Below, one piece after another: positions 9,826 through 19,829 of a DNA stretch of 35,106 bases. The translations under genes and the position numbers were made by a program. Below the pieces are notes generated by a model. That model worked only from the letters and a program-made list of their open reading frames with translations. It had not been told where the DNA came from and made no database searches. Source of the DNA: Candidatus Moraniibacteriota bacterium (lineage in GTDB: Bacteria; Patescibacteriota; Minisyncoccia; Moranbacterales; DUUL01); the NCBI GenBank assembly GCA_046497225.1, contig JAWOGA010000060.1, positions 1-35,106 on the forward strand. Direction: 5' to 3'. The first letter of the stretch is position 1. Each line of letters begins with the position of its first letter.

Positions 9826-10272
9826 TTAATTTTTAAAACAACAACCAGCCGGTTGATAACCTTGATTTTTAGCTTCTTCTTCTGAGCTAAAACAAACTCT
9901 GTTTCCCGGCTTGATTTTTTCAGCCCAAGTGCAGGTTGAGGAGTGGTATTTATCTGAATTTTTAGAACCAACTAACTGGCATTCTTTATTTTCTTGTTTT
10001 TTATTTGCGTTTTCGATGTTTTCAGACACACCCTTTCTTTGAGCAGCTTCCCCTAGAGCCATTGCTTTTTCTTGCTTCGGGTTTGATGCTTCAATGTTAT
10101 TTAAGGAGACTTTGATTTGTTCTGTTTTTCTAGTCTTTTCTTTTGTTACTCCGGCTTGAAAACAAACAACGGCTATCAGAATAATTGCTAAAGTAAATAA
10201 GATTCTTTCTTCATTGTTTTTCCAAAAATTTATAGTTTTTTGCTTAAATTTTTCGAATGAATTATTTGACAT
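9826..10272 (-). CDS. Membrane-anchored protein with C-terminal Ada-like metal-binding domain
   Basis: One TM helix; VGSKNSDKYH...C..AEKIK..NRVCFSSEEEA...GY.PAGCC. Confidence 0.75.
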   Translation of the reverse strand: MSNNSFEKFKQKTINFWKNNEERILFTLAIILIAVVCFQAGVTKEKTRKTEQIKVSLNNIEASNPKQEKAMALGEAAQRKGVSENIENANKKQENKECQLVGSKNSDKYHSSTCTWAEKIKPGNRVCFSSEEEAKNQGYQPAGCCFKN

Positions 10273-10294
10273 AAGAATAAATTAATATTACAAT
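10266..10294 (+). promoter_or_regulatory. Near-consensus sigma70 promoter upstream of rpmA
   Basis: TTGACA-17 nt-TACAAT. Confidence 0.7.
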
Positions 10295-10473
10295 GATTTT
10301 TAGTGTTGTTGCAAGTTAAGCTTGTTTGTTTTTGCTGAACTTTTTGTTGGCAAACCTTGATTTGCTTTGGTTAATGTAGTAAAAAGCGACTTTGCAACAG
10401 TTTTAGTTTAATAATTATAACTTGCTTTTATTGAGATGCCAAGATTATCTCAGTTTAAGTTTGATTAAGTCAT

Positions 10474-10746
10474 ATGTCACAGAAAAAAGCCGGTGGTTCA
10501 ACAAGATTAGGTAGAGATTCTATTTCAAAGCGCCTTGGGGTGAAAATTTTTGGCAGTCAAAAAATCCAAAAAGGTCAAATCATTGTTAGGCAAAGAGGTA
10601 CTAAATTTAGGCCTGGAACAAATGTGAAAAGATGTAAAGATGATACTTTAATGGCATTAACAGATGGAGTGGTTGAATTTGTAACCAAGCGTGTCAAGAG
10701 ATTTACCGGAAAACCCAAGAAAACCAAGATTGTAAGTGTTAAATAG
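10474..10746 (+). CDS. rpmA: 50S ribosomal protein L27
   Basis: [27 protein letters not shown]. Confidence 0.97.
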   Translation: MSQKKAGGSTRLGRDSISKRLGVKIFGSQKIQKGQIIVRQRGTKFRPGTNVKRCKDDTLMALTDGVVEFVTKRVKRFTGKPKKTKIVSVK

Positions 10747-10790
10747 AAATCTTCATTAAATTAAATTACAGAACAGTAAAAAATTATTTA

Positions 10791-10823
10791 AAAAAACTCC
10801 TTGTTTGTGGCAAGGAGTTTTTT
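10791..10823. terminator. Bidirectional intrinsic terminator between rpmA and pyrG
   Basis: AAAAAACTCCTTG-tttgtgg-CAAGGAGTTTTTT. Confidence 0.88.
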
Positions 10824-10826
10824 AAA

Positions 10827-12479
10827 TTATTTCTTCCCTCTTTTCTTTGCAGCTGATTTAATAAAAGATAAAAATAGTGGATTTGGGTTCAAGGGGGTTG
10901 ATGTAAATTCCGGATGAAACTGGCTTCCAACCATAAAAGGATGTTTTTCTTTTGAAATTTCAGCTATTTCCATTAGATTTTTATCGGAATATTTACCTGA
11001 AAAGATTAACCCTTTCTCCTCCAAATTTTTTATATAATCGGGATTTACTTCATATCGATGGCGATGCCTTTCGTTAATTAAATCTTTTTTGTATGCCTCG
11101 TAAGCTAAGGTTTCTTTTTTAATCTGACAGGGATAATTTCCCAATCTCATAGTAGCTCCGTATTTTCCTTCTTTTAGATTGTCCTTCTGTTCCGGCATTA
11201 TATCGATCACCAAGTCTTGAGCTTCCGGATTAATTTCGCTTGTATGGGCGTTTTTAATCTCGGCTACATTTCTAGCAAATTCCACCACCATTAATTGCAT
11301 GCCATAACAAAGACCCAGATAGGGTATTTTGTTTTCCCTGGCATATTGAATGCAATTAATCTTACCCTCTACTCCCCTGCTTCCAAACCCTCCGGGAACT
11401 ATAATGCCGTGATATTGATCTAATTGTTTAAGATTATTTTTATTTTCTTCTAGCTCTTCTGAATTTATCCAATCTATCGCCGGTTTTTTGCCTGTTTCGT
11501 AACAAGCATGTTTTATAGCTTCTATGACTGAAATGTAGGAATCAGATAGCACGCATTCTCCTGTGCCGAAATATTTGCCCACTATTCCAATTTTAACTTC
11601 TTCTTTTGCGTTTTTAATATTTTTTACTAGCTGTTTCCATTCTTTAAGATCTTCTTCTCCCGGATCCAGGTTTAACTTATTTAAAATAACTTCACTTAGG
11701 CCATCTTTTTCAAAGTTTATAGGGACTTCATAGATAGACTCGGCATCCGGGGCAGAGATAACAGCCTCGTCTTTTATGTTGCAAAAAAGGGCGATTTTTT
11801 CTTTCCTTTTTTTGTCTATTGGCGCTTCACTTCTAGCGATTATTATGTCCGGTTGAACACCCGCTTCGTTCAGAGCCCTGACTGCTTGTTGAGTCGGCTT
11901 CGTTTTCATTTCTCCTATCATTTGAGGATAAGGAACATAGCTTATCATAACAAATAAAACATCTTCGGGCTTTCTTAACTTCATTTGGCGAGCTGCTTCC
12001 GTGAAGAGGTCATTTTCGTAATCACCTGTGGTTCCCCCGACTTCAATTATTACAAAATCAGCATTGTTGTTGTCCGAGGCTTTCTCTATTGTTCTGATGA
12101 TTTGATCTGTTACATGTGGAATTATTTGCACGCATTTCCCTTTGTATTCCAAGTTTCTTTCTTTTTGAATTACTTTCCAGTAAACACTTCCGGTAGTCAT
12201 ATAATTTTCTGACGGGAGCGTAGTTTCTAAAAATCGCTCGTAATTTCCCATATCCTGGTCTGTTTCTAGTCCGCTTGATAGTACAAATACTTCCCCGTGT
12301 TCAGTCGGATTCATGGTTCCCGCGTCGACGTTAACATATGGATCCACTTTTATTGCTGTTACTTCAAATCCTCTGGATTGAATAATTTTTGCAATAGAAG
12401 AAGTGGCTACTCCTTTGCCTATTCCGGACATGACTCCCCCGAAAACAAAAATATATTTGGGGTTATTTTTTTTGGCCAT
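10827..12479 (-). CDS. pyrG: CTP synthase
   Basis: GGVMSGIGKG, DPYVNVDAGTM, KTKPTQ, GLCYGMQ, ERHRHRYEVN, QFHPEF. Confidence 0.98.
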   Translation of the reverse strand: MAKKNNPKYIFVFGGVMSGIGKGVATSSIAKIIQSRGFEVTAIKVDPYVNVDAGTMNPTEHGEVFVLSSGLETDQDMGNYERFLETTLPSENYMTTGSVYWKVIQKERNLEYKGKCVQIIPHVTDQIIRTIEKASDNNNADFVIIEVGGTTGDYENDLFTEAARQMKLRKPEDVLFVMISYVPYPQMIGEMKTKPTQQAVRALNEAGVQPDIIIARSEAPIDKKRKEKIALFCNIKDEAVISAPDAESIYEVPINFEKDGLSEVILNKLNLDPGEEDLKEWKQLVKNIKNAKEEVKIGIVGKYFGTGECVLSDSYISVIEAIKHACYETGKKPAIDWINSEELEENKNNLKQLDQYHGIIVPGGFGSRGVEGKINCIQYARENKIPYLGLCYGMQLMVVEFARNVAEIKNAHTSEINPEAQDLVIDIMPEQKDNLKEGKYGATMRLGNYPCQIKKETLAYEAYKKDLINERHRHRYEVNPDYIKNLEEKGLIFSGKYSDKNLMEIAEISKEKHPFMVGSQFHPEFTSTPLNPNPLFLSFIKSAAKKRGKK

Positions 12480-12548
12480 TTTATGTTTAATTAATTTTTA
12501 CAATATGACTTAATTACGGAGTTTGTAACTATTTTAGAAACTGCCAAG

Positions 12549-12572
12549 AAAAAACCGCCTCCCCCCTAGCGG
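12549..12572 (-). terminator. Terminator-like hairpin between rplI and pyrG
   Basis: Minus strand CCGCT-agggggga-GGCGG-TTTTTT. Confidence 0.5.
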
Positions 12573-12660
12573 CCTCAATCAAAATTTTTGTGTTTTTAAC
12601 AATGGCAGCGTTCGAAATTTGGAAATAATTATTTAAAAAACACGCAACTCAATTATTATT

Positions 12661-13104
12661 CTATTCTTCTTCTTCAATGATAACTTTTAATTCTGCTTCT
12701 ATTCCGTGATTGAGGGATATTTTAATTTCATATTCCCCCGCTTCTTTAATTTGTTTGTTCATTTTAATGTTGCTTTCTTTTGTGTCAATATGTTTTTCTT
12801 TTAAGGCTTTAACGATATCCTCTTCAGTAACTGAGCCAAACAGTTTTCCTTTTTTGGCTTTCTTTCTTATTATAATTTCTTCTTTTTTGATTTCTTCAGC
12901 TAGTTTTTGATTTCTTCTTAACTCTTCCTTGTTCTTTTCGAGCTCTTTTTTTAACTGCTCCTCAACTTTTTCAATGGCTTTTTGAGTAGCCGGTTTAGCC
13001 ATTTTCTTGGGAATAAGGTAATTGCGCGCAAACCCATCGGAGACTTGTTTGATTTCTCCAGCTTTTCCTAATTTTTCAACCTCCTTTAGTAAAACAACCT
13101 TCAT
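12661..13104 (-). CDS. rplI: 50S ribosomal protein L9
   Basis: MKVVLLKEVEKLGKAGEIKQVSDGFARNYLIP, GKLFGSVT; ATG 13104. Confidence 0.96.
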   Translation of the reverse strand: MKVVLLKEVEKLGKAGEIKQVSDGFARNYLIPKKMAKPATQKAIEKVEEQLKKELEKNKEELRRNQKLAEEIKKEEIIIRKKAKKGKLFGSVTEEDIVKALKEKHIDTKESNIKMNKQIKEAGEYEIKISLNHGIEAELKVIIEEEE

Positions 13105-13284
13105 TGTAGCCAAGTTACTTTTTATTCTTTAATCCTCCTATTCTAATATTATCAGATGATTTTTTATTTGCAAGGGTTTGTTGAAAGCCGGCCCGTTTTT
13201 CCATAATCAAAAACGACAGGATTACCAGTAAAATCCTTGGATTTATTTGTAAAAATTATTAGAAAATTTAAAATAAAATAATCT

Positions 13285-14205
13285 TTATTGTCCTTGATTA
13301 ATTTCTTGATAAGCGCTTGCGGCTGCGATAGCTCCCTCACTTGCCGCAGTGATTATTTGTCTAAAATTATTTGAGTTAGTGGTAATATCGCCCGCGGCAA
13401 ACAAACCTTCAATGTTTGTTGTTTGATCTTGGTTGGTTTTAATATATCCTCTCTCGTCTTTCTCTATTTCCATTTCTTCCAAGTGACTTGTATCCGGAAG
13501 AGACCCAATCTCAACAAAAACTCCGTCAAAAGAAAGCTCTTTTTCCTCTTTATAGGGGTTGTCAAGGACAATTTTTTCCACTTTTTGTTCTCCCTTGATC
13601 TCAACAATGTTTGTTTGTGAAACTGTTTCAATATTTTCTTTCTTGTTTACTTGTTTTACGTAAGAAGGCACTGCGCGAAGCTTTTCAGCTCTATAAAAAA
13701 TAGCTACTTCTTTGGCGTATTGAGAAAGCAGCAAGGCGGCATTTAAAGCGGAATTTCCTCCGCCGACAACGGCTACTTTTTTATCTTTAAAAAATGGCCC
13801 GTCGCAAGTGGCGCAATAAGAAACACCTTTCCCCGCCAATTTTTCCTCTCCCGGAACTCCCAGCTTTCTAAAAACTGTTCCGGTTGCTAAAATAACCGTC
13901 TTGGAGTGATATTTTTCTTTATGGGTAGCTATTTCAAATAATTCATTATTTTTTTTAACGGAAATTATTTTTTCTTGTAAAACTTCGCTTCCCAGGGTTT
14001 CTGCGTGTGATTTCATTTTTTGGCTTAATTCTGCGCCAGAAATACCCGGAAGACCGGGATAATTTTCAATTTTAAAGCTTTCGTTCATGTAGCCGCCGAA
14101 TTCCTCTCCAATTAAGAGATGATTTATTTGAAATCTAGAAGCATAAATAGAGGCGGTTAATCCGGCTGGACCTGTTCCCAGAATAATTAAGTCTTTTTTT
14201 ATCAT
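13285..14205 (-). CDS. trxB: Thioredoxin reductase
   Basis: GTGPAGLTA, GVSYCATCDG, GGGNSA, FAAGD. Confidence 0.93.
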   Translation of the reverse strand: MIKKDLIILGTGPAGLTASIYASRFQINHLLIGEEFGGYMNESFKIENYPGLPGISGAELSQKMKSHAETLGSEVLQEKIISVKKNNELFEIATHKEKYHSKTVILATGTVFRKLGVPGEEKLAGKGVSYCATCDGPFFKDKKVAVVGGGNSALNAALLLSQYAKEVAIFYRAEKLRAVPSYVKQVNKKENIETVSQTNIVEIKGEQKVEKIVLDNPYKEEKELSFDGVFVEIGSLPDTSHLEEMEIEKDERGYIKTNQDQTTNIEGLFAAGDITTNSNNFRQIITAASEGAIAAASAYQEINQGQ

Positions 14206-14343
14206 TTTTATTGATGTTATTTGTTAGTTTTTTCTGAATCAAAACATGCTTTAAAAGCATTTCCTTGAAATGAAAAACATTAAAACCTACAAGTAAAATT
14301 TTTGAATTAGATTAGCATTTTGAAATAATGCAAAAAAAGCGGA

Positions 14344-14661
14344 TTATTCCGCTTTTTTTAATTCTTCCATAAGGGCTTCTTTGGATTGAACGCCCGTTAT
14401 TTGTTTAACAATTTCCCCGTCCTTAAAAATAATTAGAGTCGGAATGGACATAATTCCATACTTCTGAGCAATGGAAGAGTTTTCGTCAATATTAACTTTT
14501 CCTACTTTAGCTTTGCCTTCAACTTCTTCAGCCAATTCATCTATAATAGGGCCCATCATTTGGCAAGGACCGCACCAAGGCGCCCAGAAATCTACCAGCA
14601 CAGGCTTATCGCTTTTCAAGACCTCCTCTTCAAAATTATCCTCTTTAAATTCAATAGCCAT
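14344..14661 (-). CDS. trxA: Thioredoxin
   Basis: [15 protein letters not shown]. Confidence 0.97.
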   Translation of the reverse strand: MAIEFKEDNFEEEVLKSDKPVLVDFWAPWCGPCQMMGPIIDELAEEVEGKAKVGKVNIDENSSIAQKYGIMSIPTLIIFKDGEIVKQITGVQSKEALMEELKKAE

Positions 14662-14720
14662 ACAATAATATTAATTTTTATTTAACTAAATAATTATATT
14701 TTCAAATACTTAAATGCGTA

Positions 14721-15449
14721 TTACTTCCCCAGCCTCCTTTCTCTGTTGGCAAAATCTTCAAGTGCTTTTTTGAGTTCCGTTGCGTTAAAATCCGGAAAGA
14801 GCTTTTCTGAAAAATAGTATTGAGAGTTTTGTGTTTGCCACATTAAAAAACCGGCGCTGTTGTGAGGGTCATCTTCCACCCCTGTCCTTATTACAAGATC
14901 AACCGAGGGCAGTTTTGAACTTACCAGGTAACTTTGAAAAGCTTCTTTGTTCATCTTGAAATCACGTGCTTTATTACGAGCCTCTTTTTTAATTTCTTTC
15001 ACAGCATGAAGAATGTCATCATCCCCACTGTAAGCAAGTAAAAAATTCAGAAAACTGCCGGTGTGATTTTTGGTTTTTTCTATTCCCTCTTCCAGTATTT
15101 TTTTTAGCCTTTTTGGGAATTGTTCTTCCCAACGGCCAATTATTTGAATTTTTGTTTTATTTTCAAATATATCTGAACTATTAATAAGTTTCTTAAAATA
15201 TTCTTCATAAATCTTGAGAAGTTCCCTTTTTTCCTCAAAGGGCCTTTTGGTGAGATTATCTTTGGAGGAACCCCAAAAAGTAAGACTCTTAACTCCCATT
15301 TTTAGAGCTTCTTTGCTTAACTCTTCTATAGCCTCCGCGCCTGCTTTGTGACCTTTCCAGGGTTTCCTATCTCTTTTTTTGGCCCACCTCCTGTTGCCAT
15401 CAGGAATAATCGCCACATGGTAAGGCATTGATTTTTTGTTAAAATCCAT
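14721..15449 (-). CDS. uppS: cis-prenyltransferase / undecaprenyl diphosphate synthase
   Basis: HVAIIPDGNRRWA, GH..G, DLVIRTG, FLMWQ, RERRLGK. Confidence 0.92.
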   Translation of the reverse strand: MDFNKKSMPYHVAIIPDGNRRWAKKRDRKPWKGHKAGAEAIEELSKEALKMGVKSLTFWGSSKDNLTKRPFEEKRELLKIYEEYFKKLINSSDIFENKTKIQIIGRWEEQFPKRLKKILEEGIEKTKNHTGSFLNFLLAYSGDDDILHAVKEIKKEARNKARDFKMNKEAFQSYLVSSKLPSVDLVIRTGVEDDPHNSAGFLMWQTQNSQYYFSEKLFPDFNATELKKALEDFANRERRLGK

Positions 15450-15527
15450 TACTATAATTATTTCTTAAAACATACACGTAGGTGTTTTGTGATTTTCTGT
15501 AAAAATTTTAAAACAAACAATAATAAT

Positions 15528-15557
15528 GAATCAATTTATTTTAAAATAAATTGATTC
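15528..15557. repeat. Perfect 30-bp palindrome
   Basis: GAATCAATTTATTTT|AAAATAAATTGATTC. Confidence 0.85.
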
Positions 15558-15623
15558 TATTTAAATTACATACTAAATTCTTTAGTAATAAATAGCAACC
15601 CCGCGCTGACTGCAGCTTTATTT

Positions 15624-16709
15624 TTAGTGATCTCTTTTTGCAATATATTCGGCTATTTTTCTAAGAAAATCATAACTTTTATTGTTTTTAAAATCAATTT
15701 TTTCAAGGGATTGAATTGCTTTTTCTGCGAAGTCGGCAGCTAGATTTTCTGAATATTGAAGCGAGCCTGTTTCTTTTACTATATCTTGAAAAATTTTCAA
15801 CTCTCTTTTGGATAACTCTTTTTTGTTAAATATTTGTTGAAGGTGCTTTTTTTGCTCTTTGGTTGCTTTCTCTTTCGCTTTGATATAAAGAAGTGTTTGC
15901 TTTCCTTCTATTATATCAGATCCCACCGGTTTTCCCAGTTTTTTTTCATTGCCAAAAACTCCCAGTATGTCATCTCTAATTTGAAAAGCTTTGCCTACCG
16001 CTGATGAATAATTGGAAAGAAAATGAAAAAAATCATTTGAATTCTCGCCGGCCAGCGTGGCGCCCAGATGGAGGGGACCCTCAAAGGTGTAATTTGCTGT
16101 TTTTCCCTCGTGCATTCTAAGAATTTCTTCTTCGCTGGTACTTCCCCGGGCTTCCATGACTATATCAAGCATTTCTCCCGGAATAGTCTTGTAGACAATT
16201 CTCTGTAATTGGGTTAAGCCTTTCAGGATATTTTTTTCCGGAAAGTCAGATTCAAAAAGTATCTCATTGGCCATTGTGGCCGCAATGTCTCCTGTTATCA
16301 TCGCCATGGAGTTGCCAAAGTGCTCCTCGTTTGTTTTTGGAAAAATTTTTCTGGCAATTTCTCTGTATTCTTTGTGAACTGTATTTATGCCGTGTCTTTT
16401 CTCGTCTCTGTCGATTATATCGTCATGAATTAAAAGAAAGGTGTGGGTGAGTTCTATAGACATAGAAGCTCTTATCAGAGACTTCTCTTCCTCATCTGAT
16501 ATTTCCTTCTTGTTGGCTAAAAAAGCATAATACAACATTGCCGGTCTAATTCTTTTTCCGCTGGCAAGAGTGAAATTTGAAATCAACCTTACTGCCTGCT
16601 CAGCTAGCGGATCTATGTTTTTGGCGGTTTTTAATTTATTTTGAAAATAATCTTTTAAAAAAGGATCAACCTTTTTTTTGTATTCCAATAAGTAATCTTT
16701 GGCATCCAT
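15624..16709 (-). CDS. trans-polyprenyl diphosphate synthase (GGPP/FPP synthase, IdsA-like)
   Basis: GKRIRP, LIHDDIIDRDEKRHG (FARM), GKTANY, FQIRDDILG (SARM), SDIIEGKQT. Confidence 0.93.
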   Translation of the reverse strand: MDAKDYLLEYKKKVDPFLKDYFQNKLKTAKNIDPLAEQAVRLISNFTLASGKRIRPAMLYYAFLANKKEISDEEEKSLIRASMSIELTHTFLLIHDDIIDRDEKRHGINTVHKEYREIARKIFPKTNEEHFGNSMAMITGDIAATMANEILFESDFPEKNILKGLTQLQRIVYKTIPGEMLDIVMEARGSTSEEEILRMHEGKTANYTFEGPLHLGATLAGENSNDFFHFLSNYSSAVGKAFQIRDDILGVFGNEKKLGKPVGSDIIEGKQTLLYIKAKEKATKEQKKHLQQIFNKKELSKRELKIFQDIVKETGSLQYSENLAADFAEKAIQSLEKIDFKNNKSYDFLRKIAEYIAKRDH

Positions 16710-16849
16710 AAAGTTATTTAAAAAAGTAAACTTAGAATTATTTTAGATTTGTAATATTGAAAAATCAAAAATTGCAATTCATTTAGACTTTGGCAATTTA
16801 TTTGTGTAATATCAATAAGCCAATAAGCTATAAGTTGCAAGCTAATTTG

Positions 16850-16921
16850 TGACCCCAAGGGGAGTCGAACCCCTGTTACCAGGATGAGAACCTGGCGTCC
16901 TAACCACTAGACGATGGGGCC
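16850..16921 (-). tRNA. tRNA-Glu (CTC), CCA not encoded
   Basis: GGCCCCATCGTCTAGTGGTTAGGACGCCAGGTT-CTC-ATCCTGGTAACAGGGGTTCGACTCCCCTTGGGGTCA cloverleaf. Confidence 0.96.
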
Positions 16922-16932
16922 GGGATAACATT

Positions 16933-16960
16933 TAACAGTTGACAACTCACAGTTAACGAC
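16933..16960. repeat. Degenerate heptamer array in the tRNA-Glu leader
   Basis: taacagt tgacaac tcacagt taacgac. Confidence 0.6.
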
Positions 16961-17042
16961 ACCTTTAAGGCAAAACAAAAACCGGCGATTGATCGTCATC
17001 AGTCTAATTTAAACAAAAAACATCTAAAAAGTCAATCAATTA

Positions 17043-17131
17043 GGAATTGGCTATTTATTATTTGCTTTAAGCGAGTTAGCATTAATGAATATTGTTGGCG
17101 AGAAATTGCTAATTGCAAATAACAAATTGCG
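17043..17131. repeat. Inverted pair of heptamer arrays downstream of the CAP gene
   Basis: ggaattg gctattt attattt ... aattgct aattgca aataaca aattgcg. Confidence 0.6.
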
Positions 17132-17135
17132 AACC

Positions 17136-17990
17136 TTATCTCCATTCATCGCAGTCTTCTATAAAGTCTTCGCATTCATCAAGATAATCTTCCAATTCCT
17201 CCTTTTTTTCTTCAAGTTTTTCTAAGCTCTCTATTGCTTCTTCCAAATCTTCTTCTTTTACTCCTTTGTCTTTAGCATCTTCCATAGCATCTTCTTGTTC
17301 TTCTATTAAATCGTCCAGCTCTCCCTCTCTTTTTTCTGCTTCTTCGCAATTTTTTCTGGATTCTTCCTCGCAAACGGTTTTATTTTTCAGATCTTCTTCA
17401 CCCATTGGTCTTCCAAAATGCTGTACCAGCATATAGCTTTTTTGTCCGTTTTGTTGAAAATCTAAAATAGCCACCCCGATTTCCTTAAATTTTTCCGATA
17501 AAATATTCTCCCTGTGTCCCTGACTATCCATCCATCCTTTGTGAGCGGATTCAGCCGAGAAAAAACCTTCGGCTAAATTTTCACCAAAGGTTTTGTACTG
17601 ATACCCTGATTTTTCCGCAAAATACCAAGGCTGAAGACCTTCCGGAGATGTGTGTTCAAAATAATCATTTTTCTTCATGTGTTGAGCTTTTTTCATGGCC
17701 GAAGCATTTAACTTAGTATTTTCTTCCAAGGGCTTCAAATTATTGCCTTCTCTCGCTTCATTGACTAATTGGATAATGTCCTCGCCGGTTCCATCAAAAG
17801 TTTTTTCACCGAAATCAACTGTGTCCCCATTTTCTCGTTGAACTCCTTCGTTGGAGGATTCCAAAGATTGAATTTCTGTTTTTGGTTTTGGGTCTACTGT
17901 TTTTAAGGCAAAATCTTCAAAGTCTACTAAAAAATAAGAAAGCCCCCCTAATACAGCCAGAAATAGTAACTGAAATATTCTTTTTGTCAT
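17136..17990 (-). CDS. CAP (SCP-like) domain protein with acidic C-terminal coiled coil
   Basis: N-terminal anchor; LVNEAR, KAQHM..NDYFEHTSP, GENLA, WMDSQGHRENIL, VQHFG. Confidence 0.9.
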   Translation of the reverse strand: MTKRIFQLLFLAVLGGLSYFLVDFEDFALKTVDPKPKTEIQSLESSNEGVQRENGDTVDFGEKTFDGTGEDIIQLVNEAREGNNLKPLEENTKLNASAMKKAQHMKKNDYFEHTSPEGLQPWYFAEKSGYQYKTFGENLAEGFFSAESAHKGWMDSQGHRENILSEKFKEIGVAILDFQQNGQKSYMLVQHFGRPMGEEDLKNKTVCEEESRKNCEEAEKREGELDDLIEEQEDAMEDAKDKGVKEEDLEEAIESLEKLEEKKEELEDYLDECEDFIEDCDEWR

Positions 17991-18161
17991 ATAATTTAAT
18001 TCTGATTTGTTTTAAAAATTATGTAAATATACTAACACTTGCTGGAGGAAAAGTTAAGGGATAAAAAAACATAGCAAGCACTCTTGGTAGAGTGGCCCTT
18101 GCCAATAGTTAAAAATTATGCTAAGTTAAAACCTGTAACAATAAAAGTATAACCTAATATT

Positions 18162-18518
18162 ATGAAAAAAGGAATACATCCGGATTACGATCAAAATGCT
18201 AAAATTATTTGCGCTTGTGGTAATACCATTGAAACCGGCTCCACAAAACCTGAAATTCATGTGGAAATTTGTAGCGCTTGCCATCCTTTTTACACAGGAA
18301 AGGAAAAACTAATTGACACTGCCGGCCAAGTAGATAGATTTAAGCAAAGAATGAAGAAAACTCAAGAATTGCAGAAGAAAAAAGTAAAAAAAGCAAGCAA
18401 GAGTAAGTCAAAAAAAGAGCAAGCACCTAAAACAACCAAGAAAGAAGAAGCTGGCACAGTAAAGGCTGATTCTAAAGAAAAAGCAAAAAAATCCGCTCCC
18501 GCTAAGACTAAAAAATAA
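18162..18518 (+). CDS. rpmE: 50S ribosomal protein L31 (Zn-binding type) with Lys-rich C-terminal tail
   Basis: [27 protein letters not shown]. Confidence 0.96.
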   Translation: MKKGIHPDYDQNAKIICACGNTIETGSTKPEIHVEICSACHPFYTGKEKLIDTAGQVDRFKQRMKKTQELQKKKVKKASKSKSKKEQAPKTTKKEEAGTVKADSKEKAKKSAPAKTKK

Positions 18519-18536
18519 GGCGAAAATTTTTTACTT

Positions 18537-18567
18537 AAAAATTCCCGGTTTATGCCGGGAGTTTTTT
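18537..18567 (+). terminator. Intrinsic terminator after rpmE
   Basis: AAAAATTCCCGGT-ttat-GCCGGGAGTTTTTT. Confidence 0.8.
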
Positions 18568-18619
18568 GTAAGCTTAAGAGTATGCTATAATTTCAAAAAT
18601 TACTTTTATAGAAATATTT

Positions 18620-19684
18620 ATGAATTTACAAAAAATAGAAGAGATTAAAAAAGAATATGAGGAAATAAGAAAAGAACTGGAAAATCAGGATAATTTTTCC
18701 GACTCCGAGAAGATGAAAAAACTCAATCAAAGATTTAGCAATTTAGGGGAGATTGTTTCTAAGATTAATCAATGGGAAGACTTTAAACAACAACTTCAAG
18801 ATAATGAGGAAATAATTAACAATGAAAGCGATGAGGAATTGATAGAAATGGCCAAAGAGGAAAGTAAAGAATTGCAAAGTAAAATTGAAAACGTTGAAAA
18901 AAACCTGGAGCTTAGTTTGCTGCCCAAGGATCCTAATGATGAGAAAGATGTAATTATGGAAATTCGCGCCGGGGCCGGAGGAGATGAGGCCTGTCTTTTT
19001 GTGGGGGAATTATTCAGGATGTATTCCAAATATGCGGAAAACAATGGATGGAGAATTGAAATAGCCGATTCTCATGCTAATGAATTGGGAGGCTACAAAG
19101 AAATTATTTTTGAAGTTTCCGGAAAAGATGTTTACTCCAAATTGAAATTTGAATCAGGGGTGCATCGGGTACAGAGGGTTCCGGATACTGAGAAACAAGG
19201 CAGGGTGCACACTTCCACTATAACTGTAGCGGTTCTTCCTCAGGCTGAGCAAACTGATATTGAAATCAAGCCCGATGATTTAAGGATAGACACTTTTGCT
19301 TCTTCCGGACCGGGTGGGCAGTCTGTAAATACCACCAATTCAGCAGTTAGGATTACTCATCTTCCCAGCGGCGTAATTGTCTCTTGCCAAGATCAGAAAT
19401 CTCAAGGTCAAAATAAAGAAAAAGCTATGCAAATTCTTAGGTCTCGGCTTCTGGATAAAATAGAACAAGAAAAGAAGGAAAAGGAATCTAGCGAGAGGAA
19501 ACAGCAAATCGGAAGCGGAGACAGAAGTGAAAAAATCAGAACTTACAATTTTCCTCAAGATCGGATTACAGATCATCGCATTAAAAAAAGCTGGTCCAAT
19601 ATAGAAGAAATAATCAACGGACAGGTCGGGTTGATTATAAATAGTTTGCAAGAAGAAGAAATGAAACTTGCGACTAAATCCTAA
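18620..19684 (+). CDS. prfA: Peptide chain release factor 1
   Basis: EIRAGAGGDEA, ESGVHRVQRVPDTE (PxT), GPGGQSVN, IRTYNFPQ. Confidence 0.98.
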   Translation: MNLQKIEEIKKEYEEIRKELENQDNFSDSEKMKKLNQRFSNLGEIVSKINQWEDFKQQLQDNEEIINNESDEELIEMAKEESKELQSKIENVEKNLELSLLPKDPNDEKDVIMEIRAGAGGDEACLFVGELFRMYSKYAENNGWRIEIADSHANELGGYKEIIFEVSGKDVYSKLKFESGVHRVQRVPDTEKQGRVHTSTITVAVLPQAEQTDIEIKPDDLRIDTFASSGPGGQSVNTTNSAVRITHLPSGVIVSCQDQKSQGQNKEKAMQILRSRLLDKIEQEKKEKESSERKQQIGSGDRSEKIRTYNFPQDRITDHRIKKSWSNIEEIINGQVGLIINSLQEEEMKLATKS

Positions 19685-19822
19685 ATTCAAAATCCTAATG
19701 GCAAACTATGCCGCATAACGGGTCCCCATTGCCAATAAATTATCAAAAAGCGGCGGGAAATTTCAAATTATGAAAATTTGATTTGATTTATTGGTTTGAC
19801 GTTTGGATTTTGACATTTGTTA
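19671..19822. repeat. Heptamer-arm element between prfA and prmC
   Basis: Left arm cgactaa atcctaa attcaaa atcctaa tggcaaa (contains the prfA stop); right arm tttgacg tttggat tttgaca tttgtta. Confidence 0.75.
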
Positions 19823-19829
19823 TTTTAGA

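Noticed and set aside
12549-12572. Bacillus-type pyrG reiterative-transcription attenuator
   Set aside because: The G-run is in the hairpin loop rather than at an identifiable transcript start; it is more simply the rplI terminator
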